A stretch of 64,000 nt of DNA from a virus (IMGVR_UViG_3300037634_006988:23916-87915), one strand, 5' to 3'; positions 49,927-58,287 are shown, counted from the first letter of the stretch. A program made the numbers and translations. The notes: a model not told the origin generated them from the letters alone.

Positions 49927-50278
49927 CTTCTTCTTCAAAATAATTGTCTACTTGATGTTTTCTCAATAAATTATTGAAGCCTTGTTCATGAAGTCCCAAA
50001 AACCTCGCCGCTTCTCGTTTAGATCGAGTCGCGGATACCGCATATTTTAATACTGCGTCCTTCACGATGGTTCGTAAAGAATACCAAATTGGTAAGCCAT
50101 ACATTTTACCTCTTAAGCCAAATTTTGAAGCCAATTCCAACTTCAGGCCGATAACCTCTTCCAATGAAAGGTTATTAAAAAGGATCTCAAACTCTTCGCT
50201 TGATTTCCCCTCTTTTCTTAGTTTATTAGAAAGTGAATAATAACGGTTTCGTCCGCTATTCTGATTCTTCTTTATCAT
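49907..50278 (-). CDS. Fis-family helix-turn-helix protein
   Basis: AVLKYAVSATRSKREAARFLGLHEQGFNNLLRKHQV is an HTH_8-like pattern. Confidence 0.65.
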   Translation of the reverse strand: MIKKNQNSGRNRYYSLSNKLRKEGKSSEEFEILFNNLSLEEVIGLKLELASKFGLRGKMYGLPIWYSLRTIVKDAVLKYAVSATRSKREAARFLGLHEQGFNNLLRKHQVDNYFEEEVDKESE

Positions 50279-50534
50279 TAGCAACCCCAAGTATACCATA
50301 ACCTGCTATATCTTTAAAAGGGCTTTCACCGAAAGCCTCTTTTTGTGTTGCTATTCTAAATAATTTGTCAACAATTCTGGTGACTGCTAACATGTCTTTA
50401 TATTGTTTGGGTTCAATTCCGTCTGGATATAGAACTTTTAATATTTCTTCTGATTTTTCAAATGCGCTGCCATACGCTATGTTCTTTTCATCTACAAGTT
50501 TGCCTATTTCTGTGCCAATTTTTTCAAATCTCAT
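50256..50534 (-). CDS. Nucleotide-modification-associated domain protein (Nmad1/DUF1599-like)
   Basis: KNIAYG...RIVDKLFRI...DIAGYGIL pattern; start moved to the ATG after GAGG. Confidence 0.55.
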   Translation of the reverse strand: MRFEKIGTEIGKLVDEKNIAYGSAFEKSEEILKVLYPDGIEPKQYKDMLAVTRIVDKLFRIATQKEAFGESPFKDIAGYGILGVANDKEESE

Positions 50535-50544
50535 TAATGCCTCA

Positions 50545-51528
50545 TTATATAAGTTCTTGGCCAGGTGCTTCGGGGGGTAATTCTCCACCAATTCCTGCGT
50601 CAAATTCCGCGCCAGCTTCAACGCCAGCCTCGCCTTCGTCTTGTTCTGCTTCATATTCATCTGTTGTTGGCTCCGTTACTGGTCCAAGCTCACTTTCCCA
50701 TTTATCAAAATATAGTTTTAAATTTGTGATAAGATAATCTTCAAAAAGTTTTTCATCTTGGTCATCATGTAGTATAGCATAAGTTTCAGCAATATTTTTC
50801 TCTATATTATTAAATGCTTCTTGAGCCATTGCTTTACCAGTTTCATCTTGTCCTTCAATTCCAAAAGTATCCACTTCTTCTGGCTCAGGCACTGGTTTAT
50901 CTTCAATATCAATAAATTTATCTTCGGGGGTGGCATCAACATCAGATACTTTAATATCTACTTCTTCTTCTATATCTTCATCTTGTTCGTCTAAACTAAG
51001 CATTTCTTCTTCTGTGCCTGCTAAACCGCCTTCTTTATTAATATCTTCTGTTTCTAATAGTGTAGACACAGCACTCACAATGTGTGCCCTAAACGAATCC
51101 CTTTGTTCTTTGGAAGTTGTTAGGGTTTTATATTCTATTTCTAGATTAGGAAGAATTTGTTTGAGCAATTCCTCCAGAATATTAATTGCTGTCGAAGAAT
51201 GCGGAGTTACTTCTACATCTTTCTTTGCTTCTTGAATTAATATTCTAACCACCTCACGAAGACGATCTTCATCATTTTTCTTTTCTTTTTGAAGTTTTTT
51301 GGATTCTGTTAATTTTTTATAATGCCTCTTTTTTAGGGCTTCATAAATAATTTCACGGAGAATCATTTCTTCAATAAATTGTTTTTGCTCGTCAACTTCT
51401 TCTTCGTCTTCTTCTCGAAAAATTGTGGGAGATTTTTTCTTTTTCGAACCAAGCGGAGATGAACTTCCTTCAACTGCTCCACCAGCCATTGAGGACATTT
51501 CTTCAAGATTTTCTTCTTTTTTAGCCAT
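50545..51528 (-). CDS. Highly acidic hypothetical protein (possible prohead core/internal protein)
   Basis: Glu/Asp-rich; repeated LRE-I/V-x-x-(I)-x-E segments. Confidence 0.55.
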   Translation of the reverse strand: MAKKEENLEEMSSMAGGAVEGSSSPLGSKKKKSPTIFREEDEEEVDEQKQFIEEMILREIIYEALKKRHYKKLTESKKLQKEKKNDEDRLREVVRILIQEAKKDVEVTPHSSTAINILEELLKQILPNLEIEYKTLTTSKEQRDSFRAHIVSAVSTLLETEDINKEGGLAGTEEEMLSLDEQDEDIEEEVDIKVSDVDATPEDKFIDIEDKPVPEPEEVDTFGIEGQDETGKAMAQEAFNNIEKNIAETYAILHDDQDEKLFEDYLITNLKLYFDKWESELGPVTEPTTDEYEAEQDEGEAGVEAGAEFDAGIGGELPPEAPGQELI

Positions 51529-51778
51529 TTTCTTTATCTTCCTGAAGTAGGGTAATTTGCTCTTCTAATTTATTAACTTGCTCTTGCAATCTTCGCGATG
51601 AACGCTTCAATTCACGCAATTGATGTTTCATAACTTCAATTCTTCTTTCTTCCGATAAACTGCGTGCTTTTAATGCACCAACATTTTCAGAAAGGGCTTG
51701 AATCCAACTATTAACGGTTGGACCAGTTCCTTCGCTTAAAATAAAGTTTTTCGCAAGTGAATCTAAATTAAATTTCAT
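51521..51778 (-). CDS. Small coiled-coil protein
   Basis: Heptad-like C-terminal half. Confidence 0.6.
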   Translation of the reverse strand: MKFNLDSLAKNFILSEGTGPTVNSWIQALSENVGALKARSLSEERRIEVMKHQLRELKRSSRRLQEQVNKLEEQITLLQEDKENG

Positions 51779-51781
51779 TTA

Positions 51782-51937
51782 TTAATCTCGATCAAAAAAT
51801 GATTTCTTTTTCTTCTTCTTTGGTTTGGGTTCTGGTTTTGGTTCTGCCTTTGGTTGCTCTGGAGCAACTTCGGGTGTATCCATTACACCAAATCCGCCAT
51901 TCATCCTCTTTCGTCGTCGTTTGCCTGGACTTGCCAT
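51782..51937 (-). CDS. Small basic peptide (51 aa)
   Basis: Manual translation MASPGKRRRKRMNGG...PKPEPKPKKKKKKSFFDRD; SD AAGGAG; fills the intergenic gap. Confidence 0.7.
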   Translation of the reverse strand: MASPGKRRRKRMNGGFGVMDTPEVAPEQPKAEPKPEPKPKKKKKKSFFDRD

Positions 51938-51950
51938 AATTTATTTCTCC

Positions 51951-53096
51951 TTATTTAATAATCTTTGACCAACGCTTCATAAGCGCTTCATTAAGTTCAA
52001 TTCGTGCTTTTTCTCGAATACTGCGATTTTTTGGAAAGAAAGACTCATCAAGCTCTTTTTCTTCATCAAGCTCTTTTTCTTCATCAAGCTCTTTTTCTTC
52101 ATCAAGCTCTTTTTCTTCATCAAGGTCTTTTTCTTCATCAAGCTCTTTTTCTTCATCAAGCTCTTTTTCTTCTTCAAGAGCTTCATGACCCTCATCATAA
52201 TCTTTATCATGTTTGAGGGCATCCAAGTGGCGCTCGATTGCCGCAATATGATCTTCATCGTGCCAAGAATCATGCTCATAATGCCTTTTTTCTTCCTCAC
52301 CAGAATCTTCGTCCAAGTTCTCTTCAAATTTGCTTTTAGATTTTGATTCATAACCCGCTTTTGCTGGGTCTGTTTTATCAAATTCACCTTTTGCAGTTCC
52401 TTCTTCTTGAACCTCTCCCTCGGCTAGAGCAGAGCTTTCACCCTTATAAACAGCCCCCGGTTGATCACCAGATTTTTCGGCCTCTTCTTCGGCAGCTCTC
52501 GCAGCCATAGACTTTGTAGGATCCGAAACCATATCACCTTCTTTTAATATCTTTCGAATCGTACCGCGAATTATAGTACGCAATTGCGATTCTTTTAAAT
52601 TCTTTTTCATTTTATCTCCCTCAATTAATGCGCTACTCACAACATCGCTAGTTGGCGCAGGTACATATTGACTTGTGCTAGTAAATAGTGGCCTTCCACC
52701 CTTATCTTTTAATTTATCTTCCCAGTCCCGAAAGATCATATTGCCACATTCATATGCCTCTCGTTCCATTTCTCTTAAATGACCATCTTCTTGAGCATAA
52801 CCCGACATAGTTTCACCAGCATTATCAAAGTCTCCTCGACAATTTTGATTATGATGAACCAATTCGTGAGCCAAAGACCGCAGAATATCTTTAATATGCC
52901 GTCCTTGCGTATAAAGTCCAATTTTGTGTTCAGTTGGTGAATAATGGGCGGTTTTACCCAAAGGATTGGCCATGTTATCTTTATCGCTTAATATGCTAAT
53001 TTTTACATGTGGGCCAAAGCCCAATTCATCCCGAGCCGAATTATATAGACTTTTCATTAAAGGCATGAATTTACCAATTCTTTCGGATTCGTGCAT
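51951..53096 (-). CDS. HExxH-domain protein with an acidic (EKELDE)n tail, putative head-internal protein
   Basis: LRSLAHELVHHNQ...EREAY; internal KESQLRTIIRGTIRKILKE motif; acidic repeat. Confidence 0.65.
   Translation of the reverse strand: MHESERIGKFMPLMKSLYNSARDELGFGPHVKISILSDKDNMANPLGKTAHYSPTEHKIGLYTQGRHIKDILRSLAHELVHHNQNCRGDFDNAGETMSGYAQEDGHLREMEREAYECGNMIFRDWEDKLKDKGGRPLFTSTSQYVPAPTSDVVSSALIEGDKMKKNLKESQLRTIIRGTIRKILKEGDMVSDPTKSMAARAAEEEAEKSGDQPGAVYKGESSALAEGEVQEEGTAKGEFDKTDPAKAGYESKSKSKFEENLDEDSGEEEKRHYEHDSWHDEDHIAAIERHLDALKHDKDYDEGHEALEEEKELDEEKELDEEKDLDEEKELDEEKELDEEKELDEEKELDESFFPKNRSIREKARIELNEALMKRWSKIIK
52045..52170 (-). repeat. In-frame 18-bp tandem repeat x7 encoding EKELDE
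   Basis: Plus-strand unit tcatcaagctctttttct; six identical copies and one with a single substitution. Confidence 0.95.
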
Positions 53097-53116
53097 CGCC
53101 TCTAATAATTAGTTTT

Positions 53117-53422
53117 CTAAATCACAAAAATCACCAAGAACCACCAAACCATAATTGCTGAATAAAAGAAAGACAAAATATATAAACAAACTTTGGATAG
53201 TTTTTTATTTCTATTAATCCAGAGAAAAATTGTAAAGATTGTGGTAACAAATATCTTAATAAAACCAAAGACACTACCATCACCCTCAAGCAGCATCGCC
53301 ATCAAAGGATTAGCTTCGTCTAGAGGTCCATATTTTATGTATTTTAGCGTTAAAAGTGTATCTAAAAGGTTGAAGAGGAGGAGAAGGGTAGCTGCAAAGG
53401 TTGGTGCGATTTTTTGCGTCAT
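53117..53422 (-). CDS. DUF5658-like membrane protein
   Basis: LFNLLDTLLT...EANPLM...FIKI pattern; three hydrophobic helices. Confidence 0.7.
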   Translation of the reverse strand: MTQKIAPTFAATLLLLFNLLDTLLTLKYIKYGPLDEANPLMAMLLEGDGSVFGFIKIFVTTIFTIFLWINRNKKLSKVCLYILSFFYSAIMVWWFLVIFVI

Positions 53423-53424
53423 TT

Positions 53425-53643
53425 TTAGATAAAATCAATGACGATTTTATAATCTTCCTCTGCCTGATCTTCTGGAGCTTTGGTAGGTGCTGGAATGGGT
53501 GGTGAATAAAGAGGAAGCCTTAAGTGTTCTCTATGATCTTCCAATTCTTTTCGCTTTTGGCGCTCAAATTCAATTAAAACTTCAATAGGAACATCTTCCC
53601 ACGGTTTTTTATGTTGCACCATATTTGTAACTAGTGATGGCAT
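53425..53643 (-). CDS. Hypothetical protein (72 aa)
   Basis: ORF track; in operon. Confidence 0.55.
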   Translation of the reverse strand: MPSLVTNMVQHKKPWEDVPIEVLIEFERQKRKELEDHREHLRLPLYSPPIPAPTKAPEDQAEEDYKIVIDFI

Positions 53644-53646
53644 TTT

Positions 53647-53892
53647 CTAATGTCCTTCTTTTTGTTCTGATTCGTTGGTTAAATATGAAAGATTAAAGGG
53701 CTCATAAGAGCCATCTGTTTTTATAATCTTAGCAAATATAAATTTTCTATTTACGCCTCGGCTCTCGGAATAAATTTCTTGAATAAAACCATATTCTTTT
53801 TTCTTAGTTAAGGTTGTCCAAGACACAAGATCTCCCACCTTAAACTTTTCTAATAAGGGTTCGCCAAATAAATTTTCTCCATTTTCTCTCAT
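53647..53892 (-). CDS. SH3/KOW-like small beta-barrel protein (orphan copy)
   Basis: KFKVGDLVSW...YGFIQEI pattern; TAATG-coupled start. Confidence 0.55.
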   Translation of the reverse strand: MRENGENLFGEPLLEKFKVGDLVSWTTLTKKKEYGFIQEIYSESRGVNRKFIFAKIIKTDGSYEPFNLSYLTNESEQKEGH

Positions 53893-54347
53893 TAACTTGT
53901 AAATGATGTAATATAAGTATACACGCATTTAGACATTGTTGTATAATAATTTTCTTCTTCAATGAAAATATCTAGTCTTTTTGCTAAATCCTTTCCTTTG
54001 CGCCACGCATCAATTTCTTCTGCAAGCACGTCTACTTTATATTTTGATGATTTTTGAAGTCTTTTGTTGCTATTGTAATATGCCATCTTCATTGAAGACG
54101 GATATTTCTTGGCATAAAGCTTTTCGTTACTGTGTAATATTAAATGACCACATTCATGCAAAAGCGCATATAATTGATTTTCGCGGCTTTGTCGCGTATT
54201 TATTGAAATTGCTTTTTCGGTTGATCTAAATTCATCATGACAACAATAATCAAAATCAATTGAAAAACCTTTTTTAGTTGACCACTCAACCAACTTATCT
54301 ACACCTTCGTCGATCCTTTTTTTCTTAACCTTTTGGGATTTTGTCAC
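53892..54347 (-). CDS. ImmA/IrrE-like HExxH metallopeptidase
   Basis: ALLHECGH...EEIDAW. Confidence 0.6.
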   Translation of the reverse strand: MTKSQKVKKKRIDEGVDKLVEWSTKKGFSIDFDYCCHDEFRSTEKAISINTRQSRENQLYALLHECGHLILHSNEKLYAKKYPSSMKMAYYNSNKRLQKSSKYKVDVLAEEIDAWRKGKDLAKRLDIFIEEENYYTTMSKCVYTYITSFTS

Positions 54348-54375
54348 CCGTCACCTCCAAATTAATGATGATATT

Positions 54376-54404
54376 ATTATATCACACCTTGGAGTCTACG
54401 TCAA
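54376..54404 (-). promoter_or_regulatory. Sigma70-type promoter with extended -10
   Basis: TTGACG-N17-TATAAT; the spacer ends in GGTGTGA; SD GGAGG downstream. Confidence 0.8.
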
Positions 54405-54439
54405 GTAGCAAATTTGATTAATTTATCGACAATTTTGAA

Positions 54440-54682
54440 TTAAGGGTTATTTAAGTTATACCAAGTTGACCATTCGCTTAAGGTGTCATCAAAATTATTT
54501 AGGAATATCATTGATGGTCCTCTTGAATGTATATAATATATTTTTATGCCCGTTGGAGCTGCATCTAAAAAAATTTCTTTAAATGGTTTTGCAGTAGGCG
54601 CTGGGGAATTATTAAGCAAAATTCTTGATTCACTTATGCCAACCTCATCGCTCAATAATTTAACCATTTCTTCTTCATTCAT
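54440..54682 (-). CDS. Hypothetical protein (80 aa)
   Basis: ORF track; SD-like AAAGGAAA. Confidence 0.5.
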   Translation of the reverse strand: MNEEEMVKLLSDEVGISESRILLNNSPAPTAKPFKEIFLDAAPTGIKIYYIHSRGPSMIFLNNFDDTLSEWSTWYNLNNP

Positions 54683-54697
54683 AAAATTTTTCCTTTA

Positions 54698-55885
54698 TTA
54701 TTTTGAAATATATTTACATGGAACATTGCCAGAAATCATTGTAGTAGACCCGCTTATAAATACACCATCAACAGAGCCAATTTGGTCAACCACATTTGGA
54801 TAATCACTCGCCACAGTTGTACCAAAAGTCCACCACCCCGTTGCCTTGGACGCCAGTTGAGTATTTGAGTGGTTTCTTGGATCAAGAGTACAATTCTGAT
54901 ACATTTCTAAAAAGTCTGCCGCTGATGCAGTGGCATGTAAAAATATTGATGCATTATCCATTGCGCCAGAAACACTTTGAAAAACGCGCCAATATCCCGA
55001 ATAACCATTATACCCAAAGGCAAATAAATTAAAATACATATCTGAACCAGAGGCAAAAGCTAAATATGGTGGTATATCTCCGCTTTTAGCTGTATCTTCT
55101 TCTTGACCGTTAATAAATAATTTGCATCTATCACTATTAGTTGCTTGTGTTCCATCATATGAACACCCCACATGATACCAGCAAGTACCAGTGAGTGGGT
55201 ATCCACTACTAGAAACAATAGAATAATAAGAACCAGTTACATTTCCCGAAAGATCCTTTGGTCTTGCAGCAGAAAAAACCATTGAAATTTGACCATTAGC
55301 GGTATTTTCATACTCGCCATAGCCACCCAAAGAAAAGGGGGTATCTACAAACATACCGTAAGTGCTGTCGGCAATCATTGCAACCGAAGAGGTGTTAAGT
55401 TGTGACCACCAGGGCGCAGAAGCATAAAAATCGACCGCATCTATTGTTTCTACAAATTGTCTTTTAACCCAATATGACCAAACAGATTGGGATACGGCCG
55501 AAAACGGCGCTGATGAACTTTGAAAACCTTCAACACCACCTGTATGAAATGTCCGAGCCGAAGGATAACTAGTATATTTATATGTCCCCTCTACAAGTTC
55601 TCCATCATTCCAATTATAAGACGATGTAATCCAAAAAGAGGCATCTGTTGAAGTAACACCCTGACAAGAGGAAGTTAAGGTTTTACCACAATTTTTTAGC
55701 CTTAAATCTAAAGCGGTTCTTGATCCCACCAAATAAGGAACGCAACTTTTTCTAAACCTTGCCATATAAGGTCTTAGACTAAAAGGAGCTTGTTTTAAGA
55801 CTATTTGGCCCCCAACGGAGCCAGATCCATATTCTTTTGAAGAAGATAGAATTGTTTCGATTATATAACCTTTATTTTTAGACAT
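54698..55885 (-). CDS. LamG-like (ConA lectin) domain protein, probable virion appendage
   Basis: WYHVGCSYDG...KLFING...SGAMDNASIF...GWWTF. Confidence 0.7.
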   Translation of the reverse strand: MSKNKGYIIETILSSSKEYGSGSVGGQIVLKQAPFSLRPYMARFRKSCVPYLVGSRTALDLRLKNCGKTLTSSCQGVTSTDASFWITSSYNWNDGELVEGTYKYTSYPSARTFHTGGVEGFQSSSAPFSAVSQSVWSYWVKRQFVETIDAVDFYASAPWWSQLNTSSVAMIADSTYGMFVDTPFSLGGYGEYENTANGQISMVFSAARPKDLSGNVTGSYYSIVSSSGYPLTGTCWYHVGCSYDGTQATNSDRCKLFINGQEEDTAKSGDIPPYLAFASGSDMYFNLFAFGYNGYSGYWRVFQSVSGAMDNASIFLHATASAADFLEMYQNCTLDPRNHSNTQLASKATGWWTFGTTVASDYPNVVDQIGSVDGVFISGSTTMISGNVPCKYISK

Positions 55886-55894
55886 AATCCAAAA

Positions 55895-56143
55895 TTAATC
55901 GCGGTTTACTTTTCTGATTCCTATAAAATCGCCAGATTCATCATAAACGGGCTCATAAGCCCCAAATGGAAATTTAATAGTATCTTCGTCGTCTTCAAGG
56001 CTTCCTTTTCTTGATTTTACGACCGTATATGGCGCATAAGCCAATCTTAGCCTTGCAGGGGTTGCCTCGGTGAAAACTCTCTTGTTTTGTTGATTTAAAT
56101 TACCCGAAAGGGTGGTGATTATGTAACTTTTACTTTTAGCCAT
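55895..56143 (-). CDS. Hypothetical protein (82 aa)
   Basis: N-terminus resembles that of 54698-55885; upstream ACTATTTA motif. Confidence 0.6.
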   Translation of the reverse strand: MAKSKSYIITTLSGNLNQQNKRVFTEATPARLRLAYAPYTVVKSRKGSLEDDEDTIKFPFGAYEPVYDESGDFIGIRKVNRD

Positions 56144-56168
56144 ATTTCTATGGTAAATAGTTAAAAAT

Positions 56169-56486
56169 TTATTTCACACTGCGGAATGCGCAATGAATAC
56201 CGCGAAAAGCTTTGCGATCAATCTTTAATTGAACCCCAACCTTGCCTAAAAAGTCATAATCAAGGATTGCGCCTTCACAACGCTCGATAATCTTGGCAAC
56301 ATCCTTGTTGGTGCTATAGACCCATACAAAACCTTCTTTTTTGTCTGCATTTGCGTCAATAACGTGTGATTCGCCTTCAGGCCCACCACCTTTGCCCTTG
56401 AAAAACTGTTTTATCTCAGTTAAGGTCGGTTTTTCGCTTAAAAGTTGCCCCCAAGCCTCTTTTTTTGTATCTTTTTTGTCAGTCAT
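56169..56486 (-). CDS. Hypothetical protein (105 aa)
   Basis: SD AGGAG; ORF track. Confidence 0.65.
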   Translation of the reverse strand: MTDKKDTKKEAWGQLLSEKPTLTEIKQFFKGKGGGPEGESHVIDANADKKEGFVWVYSTNKDVAKIIERCEGAILDYDFLGKVGVQLKIDRKAFRGIHCAFRSVK

Positions 56487-56495
56487 GTGTTTCTC

Positions 56496-57068
56496 CTAAA
56501 ACTTATCTAATAGAATATCTAGTGATTTTGCGGTCGCTAAAGCGTCTCCAAGGGCCGTATGACGGTCTTTTTCGTCGATTTTAACCCCCGCAGACTCGAA
56601 TAAAACGTCCGCAGAAGCTCGAAAACCCTTAATTTTGCCCGAAATCATTAAGAATTGCAGTATTGAGCAGCTATCAAGCGCCCGATCTCGGAAGTCATCC
56701 TTAAAATTCGCACCAGCCAGCCTGTAAAGCCTTCTAATGAACCCAAGGTCAAAAGCAACATTGTGCCCTACCAACTGAATTGGCCTCCGATTACTACCAA
56801 AATGGGCGTCTAAAGTGCCCCGGATATACCCTACAGCCACTTCTGGGGTTAACCCGTGCTTATAAACGTCCTCCAAGTTGATATTATTAACTTTTAGGGC
56901 CTGATCTTCAACATTAAGGGTCGGTTCCTGCACATAAAGGTCAAAAAGCTTAGATATTTCGCCTCTTGGGGTCCAAACGACCCCCGCAATGCTTAAAATG
57001 CTGTTTATTTCGGGATTTAAACCCCCGGTTTCCGTATCTATCACCAAGAACGTGTTTTTCATTGTCAT
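56496..57068 (-). CDS. DEDDh 3'-5' exonuclease (DnaQ/RNase T-like)
   Basis: IDTETGG, GHNVAFD and HTALGDA motifs. Confidence 0.9.
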   Translation of the reverse strand: MTMKNTFLVIDTETGGLNPEINSILSIAGVVWTPRGEISKLFDLYVQEPTLNVEDQALKVNNINLEDVYKHGLTPEVAVGYIRGTLDAHFGSNRRPIQLVGHNVAFDLGFIRRLYRLAGANFKDDFRDRALDSCSILQFLMISGKIKGFRASADVLFESAGVKIDEKDRHTALGDALATAKSLDILLDKF

Positions 57069-57073
57069 ATGCC

Positions 57074-57102
57074 ATGATAACACACCATATTTGTGAAGTC
57101 AA
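57074..57102 (-). promoter_or_regulatory. Sigma70-type promoter with extended -10
   Basis: TTGACT-N17-TATCAT; the spacer ends in GGTGTGT. Confidence 0.65.
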
Positions 57103-57196
57103 GACATTTTAAGCGCATATTTAGTAATAAAGGCCTTAAAATGGAAAAAAATTACACTTTTAGTGAAAAAATGATAAAATGAAGGAATATATATAG

Positions 57197-57856
57197 ATGA
57201 AACGGTTAATTCTCTCTGATTTGCACCTTGGTTGCTCTCATTCGAAGGAAAAAGAGCTTTTGTCCTTTTTGCGAGCCAATAATGACTTCGATGAGCTAAT
57301 TTTGGCCGGTGATATTATCGATTTTCTCTTAATTCCGACATTTACTGAGCAATCAGCCAAACTTTTCCAATTTGTGGCCGATTTCCCTGGAAAAGTCGTT
57401 TATATCGTGGGTAACCATGACATTCCCTTTAGATCTTGCATTGGAACCACCATATTTGGGGTAGAATTCGTCGAAAAGTGGGAATTTGAGGAAGATAACA
57501 AGAAATACAGGATAGAGCATGGTGATACATACGAAAAAGGCATCATTCATCGAAGAACATTGATTAGAATCATCTGTGTACTGCGAGATTTCTTGGAAAG
57601 GCTCTTTAAATGGAATTTATCTGCTTGGTGGCAACACCTTTTCAGCAATAAAATGAAATTAAAGAGGATTTGGGACATTGTTCAGTGGAATGATGAAGCA
57701 GATGTCTTTATTATGGGTCATACCCACGAACCAGAAGTATTAATTTGGGTAGATCAGGACCAAAACATCAAAACATACGTTAATTCAGGTGATTGGACAG
57801 AACATACGACTTATGTTACTATAATTGATGGTGTAACAAGGCTAAAGAAGTTTTAG
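57197..57856 (+). CDS. Calcineurin-like metallophosphoesterase, LpxH/YbbF-like
   Basis: SDLHLG, GDIID, GNHD, HGD, GHTH and NSGDW motifs. Confidence 0.8.
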   Translation: MKRLILSDLHLGCSHSKEKELLSFLRANNDFDELILAGDIIDFLLIPTFTEQSAKLFQFVADFPGKVVYIVGNHDIPFRSCIGTTIFGVEFVEKWEFEEDNKKYRIEHGDTYEKGIIHRRTLIRIICVLRDFLERLFKWNLSAWWQHLFSNKMKLKRIWDIVQWNDEADVFIMGHTHEPEVLIWVDQDQNIKTYVNSGDWTEHTTYVTIIDGVTRLKKF

Positions 57857-58248
57857 GGTTCCCCACTTGGTCGTGCTGGCCAATCTATTCCCTCTATTGC
57901 ATCCCACATTTGGGTTCCTGTAGGATAATTCACACCATCTTGAATTCTTCGGGCATGAAAACCAGCCAAAGCAGTCTCAAGCCCAAGTTTTGTTGCCCAT
58001 GACTGCGCATTTCCAACATTTCCAGGTTCTTCCAGCATTTCATCCCATAAAGTAGCCATATCTTTTACAGTTCTTCGGGCGTATAAAGCCCGCGCCATTG
58101 ATTTAATATAACTATTAACAACCATTGGATAATCTGGTCCAGATAAAGCAGCAAAATCTAAAGGTTTATCTTCTACCCCCATATCAATGCCCTCATCCCC
58201 AATTGCTTCATTTATAAGTTGCATTAATTTTGATTTAGTTAGTTTCAT
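57853..58248 (-). CDS. Hypothetical protein with an MKLTKSKLMQLINEA N-terminus
   Basis: N-terminal motif and upstream element shared with 49391-49702. Confidence 0.6.
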   Translation of the reverse strand: MKLTKSKLMQLINEAIGDEGIDMGVEDKPLDFAALSGPDYPMVVNSYIKSMARALYARRTVKDMATLWDEMLEEPGNVGNAQSWATKLGLETALAGFHARRIQDGVNYPTGTQMWDAIEGIDWPARPSGEP

Positions 58249-58270
58249 TGATTGTTTCCCCTAAACAACA

Positions 58271-58287
58271 ATAAATAGTCTCTTAAA
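58271..58287 (-). promoter_or_regulatory. Putative late-promoter element (copy 2)
   Basis: Identical to 49726-49742. Confidence 0.6.

Noticed and set aside
52045-52170. 18-bp repeats as a CRISPR array
   Set aside because: The units are head-to-tail with no spacers and are in frame within a gene.
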